Below the pieces are notes generated by a model, which was given only the letters and a program-made list of their open reading frames with translations, searched no databases and had not been told where the DNA came from. Positions 32,873-39,422 of a stretch of 39,422 nt of DNA are shown one piece after another; position 1 is the first letter of the stretch, and every line of letters begins with the position of its first letter. A program made the translations under genes and the position numbers. The stretch is from IMG/VR virus record IMGVR_UViG_3300045988_045917, positions 1 through 39,422 of that record. One strand, 5' to 3'. The DNA comes from a virus.

Positions 32873-33733
32873 CTACCTCTCAATTGGTTCTACTTTTAAT
32901 CCTTGATTTTTTATAAATTCGGCTAAATTATTCATTTGTTCATCTGAACCAGTAATTTTTAGATAAGCAACTTTTGTTTTGCCAACTACTTCTCCAGTAG
33001 TCGTATCAATTACTGAATTACCTTTAACTGCTTGCTTAACGGGTTCATCTTTTTTTGAACTTAATTCTCTTTGACGTTTTCCGTCACTCTTAATTCGAGC
33101 TAATATTTCAGAAATAGTTAAATCATCAATTAAATTGATATAACTATCTGGCAAAATTTGCTCTTTTTCAGCAGCTTCTGTAATCAAAGTGATTTTTTCA
33201 TTTTTGAAATCACGTTCTTGTGCTGCTTTTTCTAAAAGTTGATTGATAGTTTCTTCAATCTTCTTCCAGTTATTAGACTTGTTATCCCACTTAGCGTCAT
33301 AAGCTATATCTTCATGAGTAAGACCAAACTTTTCAGCCATTTTGTCGATGTGCTTAATATTAGCCTCGTGTCTTAACTTAATGCCTTGCTCTCTATAGTC
33401 CTTCAATCCTTGATGAATTTGACCAGAAACATCTGTAATCTCATCAATTAAGGCGTCCATCTGCTCATTGAACTCATCTAAAGGTTTTAATGCCTGCTTT
33501 CTAACAGCACTTTTAGCAGCTTTTAGAGCCTTAGCTTTTTTATTTAAATCAGCAGCAATTGCTTTATCCCCTTTTAAATTTTCAGGAACGACAACATAGC
33601 CGTTGTATCTTTTATAAATTTCATCAGTCTCTTCTTTAAGCTTTTCATAATCGTCAAACTCAATTGAGGCTGGAGTAAATTTAACCTTATAATCAGGACT
33701 AGTTTCATCTAGTTTGGTTGAAATTTCTTGCAT
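32873..33733 (-). CDS. DUF1351-like protein (commonly partners phage recombinases in lactic acid bacteria phages)
   Basis: The N-terminal pattern KFTPASIEFDDYEKLKEETDEIYKRYNGYVV..ENLKGDKAIAADLNK resembles DUF1351 proteins. Confidence 0.5.
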   Translation of the reverse strand: MQEISTKLDETSPDYKVKFTPASIEFDDYEKLKEETDEIYKRYNGYVVVPENLKGDKAIAADLNKKAKALKAAKSAVRKQALKPLDEFNEQMDALIDEITDVSGQIHQGLKDYREQGIKLRHEANIKHIDKMAEKFGLTHEDIAYDAKWDNKSNNWKKIEETINQLLEKAAQERDFKNEKITLITEAAEKEQILPDSYINLIDDLTISEILARIKSDGKRQRELSSKKDEPVKQAVKGNSVIDTTTGEVVGKTKVAYLKITGSDEQMNNLAEFIKNQGLKVEPIER

Positions 33734-34065
33734 TAGTAATTGCCCTCCATACCGTCAAAATAATTTGTAACGTCTTGTTTCCAAGAATCATCATTTGGAT
33801 CTTCTACACTGGCAAGTTCTTCAATTAAGTCTTTTTTATCGTCCCAGCCTGTAAGACTCATATAATTATCAATACCTAATCTGAAGATTTGAGCTATAAC
33901 AAAATGTTTAAAACTTAAATAATCCTGATTTGCATCACCAATAGTAACTAAGTTCCAACCTTCAAATGCTGAACTAATGCCTTGATCTGCTAGTCTTCTT
34001 TGTTCTTCTTTTAAACGCTGCTCCCTAAAAGTTACAGCCTGTGCGGGTGTCATTATTTCGATCAT
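33733..34065 (-). CDS. Hypothetical early protein (110 aa)
   Basis: ORF whose stop overlaps the next gene's start. Confidence 0.6.
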   Translation of the reverse strand: MIEIMTPAQAVTFREQRLKEEQRRLADQGISSAFEGWNLVTIGDANQDYLSFKHFVIAQIFRLGIDNYMSLTGWDDKKDLIEELASVEDPNDDSWKQDVTNYFDGMEGNY

Positions 34066-34116
34066 TGTGGTAAAATACTCCTTAGTAATTTAATTTATAA
34101 AACCTTTGATTAGTCG

Positions 34117-34263
34117 TTACTGATTGCAGTCGGTAACGGCTTTTTTTTGTTGCATTAAAGCAATTTGAAATTGTTTATCGTACTCATCAGCTACTAGTGG
34201 CGATCTATCTTGTCTTGCAAAAAATGCGTTGCTATTGCTGATTAATCTTGCTTCTAATGTCAT
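34117..34263 (-). CDS. Small hypothetical protein (48 aa, MTLEARLISNSNAFFARQDRSPLVADEYDKQFQIALMQQKKAVTDCNQ)
   Basis: Perfect SD AAGGAGGTGG 5 nt upstream. Below the track cutoff. Confidence 0.6.
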   Translation of the reverse strand: MTLEARLISNSNAFFARQDRSPLVADEYDKQFQIALMQQKKAVTDCNQ

Positions 34264-34276
34264 TTACTCCACCTCC

Positions 34277-34387
34277 TTAAAGAAATACTCTCCAGAAGTA
34301 ATAGCCCAACATAGTGATACATATAATCCCAGCTGCAATTACTTCTGAACATACAATTGCAACTAGCCAATCTGTCTTATGCTTCAT
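34277..34387 (-). CDS. Possible 36-aa membrane peptide (MKHKTDWLVAIVCSEVIAAGIICITMLGYYFWRVFL)
   Basis: GGAGAT SD and one TM segment. It overlaps the upstream stop by 11 nt. Confidence 0.4.
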   Translation of the reverse strand: MKHKTDWLVAIVCSEVIAAGIICITMLGYYFWRVFL

Positions 34388-34655
34388 TCCAGCGATCTCC
34401 ATTCGTTACTAAATCTGTAAGTGCTGCGTTAATTTGCTCTTGCTGTTCCTTAGTGCCTATCTTTTTAAACATATCGGCTAACTGAATAACACTTTCTAAG
34501 GTGTTACCTAAATAAGCAATTTCAGCCGATCCATTTTTGTTAACAACAATTTGTTCATCTTTGATACCAATTTGATATTCGGCATCTTTCTTAAATTCGA
34601 ATACGCCTCTTGATACCAATTGTCTAATTACGTCACCAGTTGTAACTTTTATCAT
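34377..34655 (-). CDS. Hypothetical early protein (92 aa; start trimmed to ATG 34655)
   Basis: GGAGAG SD. The ATG lies 2 nt after the upstream stop. The longer track ORF overlaps the upstream gene by about 100 nt. Confidence 0.55.
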   Translation of the reverse strand: MIKVTTGDVIRQLVSRGVFEFKKDAEYQIGIKDEQIVVNKNGSAEIAYLGNTLESVIQLADMFKKIGTKEQQEQINAALTDLVTNGDRWNEA

Positions 34656-34659
34656 TTTT

Positions 34660-34989
34660 CTATCTCTCCAAATCCTTAATACTTGCATTCCAATCAATGC
34701 GGTGGTAGTTAGCCTCAATCCACTTCTTAGCATCTTTTCTAAAAATAATTGTTTTCTTGCCACCTCTTGGGTTAACTACAAAACCATCATTTTCGAAATC
34801 AACTTCTGGAAATTCGTCAAATATAAAAACTCTGACCCATTCCTTGCCCTTACCTCCGCAGTACTTTTTTCGGAACTCATCAATATTGATTGTTGCGCCC
34901 TCTGCTTCTTCCTTTTCCTTATCAAATAAAGCTTTGATAATCGGTTTAAAGATAACTATGAGAGCATCTTTATTAATTAGCTCAGGCAT
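34660..34989 (-). CDS. DUF771-like protein (possible excisionase-type function)
   Basis: Pattern GKEWVRVFIFDEFPEVDFENDGFVVNPRGGKKTIIFRKDAKKWIEANYHRIDW resembles DUF771 proteins of lactic acid bacteria phages. The Xis role is speculative. Confidence 0.45.
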   Translation of the reverse strand: MPELINKDALIVIFKPIIKALFDKEKEEAEGATINIDEFRKKYCGGKGKEWVRVFIFDEFPEVDFENDGFVVNPRGGKKTIIFRKDAKKWIEANYHRIDWNASIKDLER

Positions 34990-35001
34990 TTAATCACCTA
35001 C

Positions 35002-35208
35002 TTAGTCGTCTGCATGTTCAAGCTCAAACTTGATTTGATCTTCTGTTTCTTTTAAATCATCGAAGTAACCAACACCGTCATCAATTTGTTCTGGCCATAA
35101 AACCCAAACATCTTGATCGGTATCAAAAATCAACTCTCCGTACTTTTCTCCGTTTACTTCAACTTTTACTGTTTTTGTGCTTTCATCTTTGATAAATTTG
35201 ACTTTCAT
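35002..35208 (-). CDS. Small acidic hypothetical protein (68 aa)
   Basis: ORF in the early operon. Confidence 0.55.
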   Translation of the reverse strand: MKVKFIKDESTKTVKVEVNGEKYGELIFDTDQDVWVLWPEQIDDGVGYFDDLKETEDQIKFELEHADD

Positions 35209-35242
35209 TTCTTGTATCTCCTTTTCGTTTAATTATTATTAG

Positions 35243-35476
35243 CTATTTTAAACTTTTTGTGTAACTTGATGATAAAAAAATAGTTGGACTAATTCCTAAA
35301 ACTTTTGAAACTTTAAATGCAAAATCAGCATCAAATGCTTTTGCTACCCGTAATCTTCTATTGAAAGCTTGAGGTGTAATTCCTACTTTACTTGCAACAA
35401 ATGTTTTAGAAATACCATGATCTTCTAGATATTTTTCTAAAATCAAATTAGCATTTTCCTTAGTAACATTTGCCAT
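35243..35476 (-). CDS. Cro-like HTH regulator (first gene of the lytic early operon)
   Basis: HTH GISKTFVASKVGITPQAFNRRL. It is divergent from the cI-like gene. Confidence 0.65.
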   Translation of the reverse strand: MANVTKENANLILEKYLEDHGISKTFVASKVGITPQAFNRRLRVAKAFDADFAFKVSKVLGISPTIFLSSSYTKSLK

Positions 35477-35646
35477 CTCTTCACCGCCCTTTCAAGTTAA
35501 ACGTTTTGTTTAATTAACTTACATAATTATAATAACACATTTGGTTTAAATTACAATACTTTTTTAAACTTATTTTTTAAATTTATACATTTTTTGTTTA
35601 AATGTTTTACAATAAGTTTAACAAAATAGCGATGGAGGTGCTTTCA
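35477..35646. promoter_or_regulatory. Genetic switch region with divergent promoters and repeated GTTTAA-containing operator candidates
   Basis: Seen in the region:
- Palindromic ATTATAAT at 35526-35533, a -10 box on either strand.
- Inverted repeat AAGTTAA (35493-35499) / TTAACTT (35514-35520).
- TTGTTTAA(A/T) at ~35504 and ~35593, and inverted at ~35616.
- TACAAT at 35608-35613. Confidence 0.5.
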
Positions 35647-35991
35647 ATGAGTGCATTTAGCAATCGATTAATTGCATTGCGTGAGGAAAATAATCTCAGC
35701 AAAACAGCAGTCGCAAAAAAATTAGGTTTGAGTGTTCAACGCTATGCCAATTGGGAATACGGAACTCGTGAACCAGATTTAGAGAACTTAGCTGCCATAG
35801 CTAAATTATATGGAGTATCAACCGATTATCTAACGGGACAAAACAATGACCGAGATAAACAATCCGTTGACCTAGAAAAAGACCCTGTCGTTCTTAGTTA
35901 CGGTGGACGCCCTGTATCAGATGAAGATATGGACGTTATCAAGGCTATCCTTGAAAGACATAAGAATGATGGAGAACCCCATTACGAGTAA
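35647..35991 (+). CDS. cI-like repressor (XRE HTH); start at ATG 35647
   Basis: GGAGGTG lies 6 nt upstream. HTH LSKTAVAKKLGLSVQRYANWEYGTREP. It is followed by an ImmA-like gene. Confidence 0.75.
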   Translation: MSAFSNRLIALREENNLSKTAVAKKLGLSVQRYANWEYGTREPDLENLAAIAKLYGVSTDYLTGQNNDRDKQSVDLEKDPVVLSYGGRPVSDEDMDVIKAILERHKNDGEPHYE

Positions 35992-36449
35992 TGCCTATGT
36001 ATAACAATGATTTACTACTATATATATGTCACTTAATCGAAGATCAAGGTCTGGGTGTCATACTATCTCGATTAGAAGACAGACATTTTCGTTCTAGGTA
36101 TCTTCCTAAACAGAAAACTATCATTATTAACACAAACTGGTGGTATCCTCCAGAAGTTCCATTTATGGCTGCTCACGAATTAGGGCATTGCATAAATGGC
36201 GATAAAGGGGTTATGTACTATGCGTATGATTATGACTGGCAAGAACATGATGCCTTTAATAGAAACGATGACGCATTCAAGGAAGATCAAGCCGACCTGT
36301 ACGGCTTAAATCTCATTTGGGACTATGCCTCTTCCCAAGGTTATACTTGCGAAGATCCTGGAGAGTTTATGTTACATTTTGGCATTCCTGAAAGAATGAA
36401 AAAAATTGTTGCTAAAAAGTTTGAACGTAACAACGATTTACTATTTTAG
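35991..36449 (+). CDS. ImmA/IrrE-family zinc metalloprotease (anti-repressor protease)
   Basis: HEXXH motif AAHELGHC. Translationally coupled to the repressor gene. Confidence 0.75.
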   Translation: MPMYNNDLLLYICHLIEDQGLGVILSRLEDRHFRSRYLPKQKTIIINTNWWYPPEVPFMAAHELGHCINGDKGVMYYAYDYDWQEHDAFNRNDDAFKEDQADLYGLNLIWDYASSQGYTCEDPGEFMLHFGIPERMKKIVAKKFERNNDLLF

Positions 36450-36457
36450 GTGGTTTT

Positions 36458-37192
36458 ATGTTTATCGGTATTCTTATTGTAATTATAGTCTTTCTATTTT
36501 TTTATATTTTAGGTAGCAAGTCTGCTTCCTCTAATAATGAAACTAATTCTATCTCTCATTCTGAAAATGATGATAAGTATTCAGAATATTTTAAAATAAT
36601 GGATTTAAGGCCTAAATTTAGAGATTATTACGGCAGAGATATGGACTATCCCAAATATAATGATAAATACAATACGGGAACTGAATTTAAGTTGCGACAG
36701 TTGTTGTTATTAGTATGGTTTAGTAGAACCAAAAAAGGACGTTTAGTGACTACATCAATTCCTCAGTATTTTTACTACGATTACAACATTAATGGCAATA
36801 AACTTTTGCAACACTTTATTGCTAGAGGTTGGATAATCGAAGATGACGAAAGATACATATTGTCTGATGAAGGAAAAAAAGTTGCTAAACAGTATGCAGC
36901 TTTGTGGGAATTACACAGAAATAATCAATTTCCATTCTGTTTAGATGAAGATTATCCAAATTGGAATGATGGCAAGCTCTTAAAAAAATATTACGAAAAA
37001 GAAATACAATATTTCAAAGCATTCATCGAATATGATAAGAAACTGATTAATTTTTATAAAGAAACTCCTTCTTACTTTACAAGTAAAGAAGAACAACAAC
37101 ATGAAATTCAAGCTGAAAAAGCTGATATAGAGAGATTAAAACATCAAATAAATAAAGATAGAGATAAGATATCACTTGAAGTCCAATTCTGA
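36458..37192 (+). CDS. N-terminally membrane-anchored 244-aa protein of unknown function (lysogeny-module accessory gene)
   Basis: TM segment FIGILIVIIVFLFFYIL. AT-rich. Co-oriented with the repressor and so presumably expressed in the lysogen. Confidence 0.65.
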   Translation: MFIGILIVIIVFLFFYILGSKSASSNNETNSISHSENDDKYSEYFKIMDLRPKFRDYYGRDMDYPKYNDKYNTGTEFKLRQLLLLVWFSRTKKGRLVTTSIPQYFYYDYNINGNKLLQHFIARGWIIEDDERYILSDEGKKVAKQYAALWELHRNNQFPFCLDEDYPNWNDGKLLKKYYEKEIQYFKAFIEYDKKLINFYKETPSYFTSKEEQQHEIQAEKADIERLKHQINKDRDKISLEVQF

Positions 37193-37235
37193 TGACTTTA
37201 AAAGCTGATGTGAATGTTTTACTCGGAGGATAATT

Positions 37236-37967
37236 ATGGGATTATTTGATAATTTAAGCCAAAAAATTACTGATGCATCAGCTAAGCGCAAAGAAGCAAA
37301 AGCTGAAAAGAAAAAGCAAAGAGAACAAGAAGATCAAGAATATGAACAATTGCTAAATACATTTCTTGCTAATAAAGCAACTCAATATTCAAATATTTAT
37401 TTTGATCTAAAGTCTAATCAAATATTAATAGGTCGTCGACTTTTGTCTCGAGAATATAGACTACTTAGTTTTTCTGATATTCAAACTTATGATATTAGTC
37501 AACAAGACCACAATGAGACAGAAACAAAAAGTACAAGCAAAAAGAAACATACGATTACTCGATCCGTTGCCGGTGGTCTAATTGCTGGTCCTGTTGGAGC
37601 TGTCATTGGTGGCGTTACTGGAAAAACAAAAGGTCATTCAAATTCAGTTACTAAAGAATATCTTGATTATTTAGGACTATCTATTATGCTAAAAGATGGC
37701 TCGACTTTTGCCATTCCCTTTCTTACGCAAACAACTAAAAGTGACAGTTATACTGCTCAAAATGCTTATAACGAATTGTATGACATCATGGCAATAATTA
37801 AAGCAGGAATGAATGCTACTAAACAACAAGAAGAAAATATCGCAGATTCTTCATCAAGTAACACAAGTCCTTTAGATGAAATCAAAAAATTAAAAGAATT
37901 ACTCGATATGAATGCCATTACACAGGAAGAGTTTGAAGCTAAGAAAAAAGAGTTATTAAATTTATAA
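37236..37967 (+). CDS. SHOCT-domain protein with a glycine-zipper segment (lysogeny-module accessory gene)
   Basis: The C-terminus LDEIKKLKELLDMNAITQEEFEAKKKELL is SHOCT-like. GGLIAGPVGAVIGGVTG is a glycine zipper. Confidence 0.65.
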   Translation: MGLFDNLSQKITDASAKRKEAKAEKKKQREQEDQEYEQLLNTFLANKATQYSNIYFDLKSNQILIGRRLLSREYRLLSFSDIQTYDISQQDHNETETKSTSKKKHTITRSVAGGLIAGPVGAVIGGVTGKTKGHSNSVTKEYLDYLGLSIMLKDGSTFAIPFLTQTTKSDSYTAQNAYNELYDIMAIIKAGMNATKQQEENIADSSSSNTSPLDEIKKLKELLDMNAITQEEFEAKKKELLNL

Positions 37968-37974
37968 ATATTTT

Positions 37975-38000
37975 AGCCAGTTAACGCTGGTTTTATTTTT
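37975..38000 (+). terminator. Intrinsic terminator after the SHOCT-domain gene
   Basis: AGCCAG-TTAACG-CTGGTT followed by TTTATTTTT. Confidence 0.55.
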
Positions 38001-38040
38001 ACAGTTCAGCAGAACTGATGTTCTAAAGGAGGTGACAAAA

Positions 38041-38178
38041 ATGTTAACCAATCGGGAAAAACTTAGAAGATTAGGAATTTTCGCTTGCGATCCTTATGGA
38101 GAAGAGAAAGATATTTGCGATGAAGACTTTGAAAAAATAGTTGAGATTCTAGGAAAAAAAGATAAGAAAAAGGATTAA
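38041..38178 (+). CDS. Small 45-aa protein upstream of int (MLTNREKLRRLGIFACDPYGEEKDICDEDFEKIVEILGKKDKKKD)
   Basis: SD AAAGGAGGTG 6 nt upstream. It ends 3 nt before the int start. Below the track cutoff. Confidence 0.6.
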   Translation: MLTNREKLRRLGIFACDPYGEEKDICDEDFEKIVEILGKKDKKKD

Positions 38179-38181
38179 AAA

Positions 38182-39300
38182 ATGGCTGTTTATAAAGATA
38201 GTAAGTCAAAAACGTGGTATATCAAGCGCTCTTGGTACGATGTAAATGGTAAACGGCATTATATTACCCGCCGAGGATTTAAGAATAAACGTGAAGCTGA
38301 AAAAGAAGATAGTAAATTAGCGGTTCAGGTAAACGATGGCATCAACGTAACAGAAAACCCAATTTTTGCTGATTATTACGATAATTGGGTTAAGACATAT
38401 AAAGGTACTCCGGGCGGTCAAAGTAATTCTGTAGCCCCTAATACGCTAATCGAATATTTGTTGCAAGGGAAAAGGATTAGAACCTACTTTGGAGCTACCA
38501 AAATCAAAACAATAAAGAGAACCGCATATCAGCAATTTATAAACGATTTTGGGAAAGATCATGCTAAAACAACCATGCGCAAACTTCATAATATTATCAA
38601 AGCTTGTGTTCGTTCTGCGATTAATGACGGCATAATAACAAGAAATTTCACTGACGATATTTCCCTAGCTTATAATCAAGATAAAGCTTATAAGGTCACT
38701 TATTTACAAGATAAGGATATTCCTAGACTATATAAATATCTTTATGACCATAGGAAGCCACAGTATTCCTCTTCATATATGTTGATGTTAATGCTCCTAA
38801 CAGGATTAAGAGAAAGCGAAGTTGCAGGATTAACGTGGAATAATATTAATTCCAGAAGTAATCTTATTACCGTAGAAAAAAGTTGGGTGTATACTCAAAA
38901 AGATTATGGACCAACAAAAAACGGGTCATCTCAACGAATTGTGAGTGTCCCGTCTAAAATGATGGATTGTATTCAAGAATTAAAAGATAATCATAAAACC
39001 AAAGTCTTCTGGTCAAAAGCTCATAGGTGCTTACCTGGATCTAAGGGTTTAACAGAATGTCTTAGAACTGCACTGAAAAATTTAGATATTTCAGCTGATG
39101 GTTTCCACCCTCACTCTTTACGACATTCTCAAGTTGCACTTTTGCTTCAAGCTGATATTTCTACCTATGACATTGCGCAACGTTTAGGACATGCCACAAC
39201 TAAAACTACAGAAGAAACATATGCTTACGAATTTGAAAAACATAGAGAATTAGTTAACAAGAAAATTAATGATGTATTATCTAAAAAAATCGAAAATTAA
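38182..39300 (+). CDS. int: Tyrosine site-specific integrase
   Basis: The C-terminal catalytic region has HSLRHS and LGHATTKTTEETYAY (R..HxxR..Y pattern). It lies adjacent to att. Confidence 0.9.
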   Translation: MAVYKDSKSKTWYIKRSWYDVNGKRHYITRRGFKNKREAEKEDSKLAVQVNDGINVTENPIFADYYDNWVKTYKGTPGGQSNSVAPNTLIEYLLQGKRIRTYFGATKIKTIKRTAYQQFINDFGKDHAKTTMRKLHNIIKACVRSAINDGIITRNFTDDISLAYNQDKAYKVTYLQDKDIPRLYKYLYDHRKPQYSSSYMLMLMLLTGLRESEVAGLTWNNINSRSNLITVEKSWVYTQKDYGPTKNGSSQRIVSVPSKMMDCIQELKDNHKTKVFWSKAHRCLPGSKGLTECLRTALKNLDISADGFHPHSLRHSQVALLLQADISTYDIAQRLGHATTKTTEETYAYEFEKHRELVNKKINDVLSKKIEN

Positions 39301-39308
39301 CTTGCTTA

Positions 39309-39326
39309 GGGGTCATTTGGGGGTCA
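39309..39326 (+). promoter_or_regulatory. Two direct GGGGTCA repeats: candidate integrase arm-type sites (right arm)
   Basis: AGGGGTCA at 39308-39315 and GGGGGTCA at 39319-39326, matching 138-145 and 151-158. Confidence 0.4.
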
Positions 39327-39375
39327 AACTCAATTTTGGCTTATTTATAAAACCTCACAAATAGCTCTACATCAA

Positions 39376-39422
39376 TATGACCCCGGTGAGATTCGAACTC
39401 ACCTCTACGGTTTAGGAGACCA
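39376..39422 (-). tRNA. 3' portion of a tRNA (anticodon loop CTCCTAA gives CCT, Arg) that continues past the window edge; it is also the right att core copy
   Basis: The minus strand reads ...GGT-CTCCTAA-ACCGT-AGAG-GTGAG-TTCGAAT-CTCAC-CGGGGTC-A. The 5' half would lie beyond 39422. Confidence 0.6.

Larger units (their letters stand above)
1..39422. mobile_element. Complete integrated temperate prophage (contractile-tail, PBSX-like tail module) bounded by att direct repeats
   Basis: 47-bp identical repeats at both window ends. Integrase lies next to the right repeat. Lysogeny, replication, packaging, head, tail and lysis modules are all present between the repeats. Confidence 0.9.

Overview
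The window is one complete ~39.4-kb temperate prophage from a low-GC Firmicute. RBS and codon style look Lactobacillaceae-like, which is an inference. It is bounded by a perfect 47-bp direct repeat (1-47 and 39376-39422). The repeat is the 3' part of a minus-strand tRNA whose anticodon loop reads CCT (Arg). The right copy continues past the window edge and sits next to the integrase; the left copy is a truncated duplicate.

Layout from right to left, with most genes on the minus strand:
- Lysogeny module on the plus strand: cI-like repressor, ImmA-like metalloprotease, two AT-rich accessory genes, a 45-aa ORF and a tyrosine integrase.
- Divergent AT-rich switch region.
- Early genes: cro-like, DUF771-like, DUF1351-like plus ERF-type annealing protein, replisome organizer with internal iterons, antirepressor, RusA and an ArpU-like late regulator.
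- A 1.15-kb ORF-free unit running from promoter to terminator and full of tRNA-derived structured modules, ending in a near-canonical tRNA-Phe-like gene.
- An AT-rich two-gene moron (303-aa soluble protein plus 147-aa 4-TM protein) insulated by terminators.
- Packaging and head genes: terS, terL, portal, MuF-like protein, scaffold, capsid and connectors.
- A PBSX-like (XkdK to XkdX order) contractile-tail module. It includes a -1 frameshifted chaperone and a 1137-aa tape measure with 12 x 21-aa hydrophobic repeats.
- Holin and GH25 endolysin.
- An unannotated Fst-like type I toxin-antitoxin locus beside the left att.

The most unusual element is the tRNA-like RNA region at 24853-26043. It may be a GOLLD/ROOL-class giant RNA, a new tRNA-derived RNA array, or a decayed tRNA cluster. 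It may act alone or together with the adjacent moron. All functional calls come from reading motifs by eye; no database search was run.
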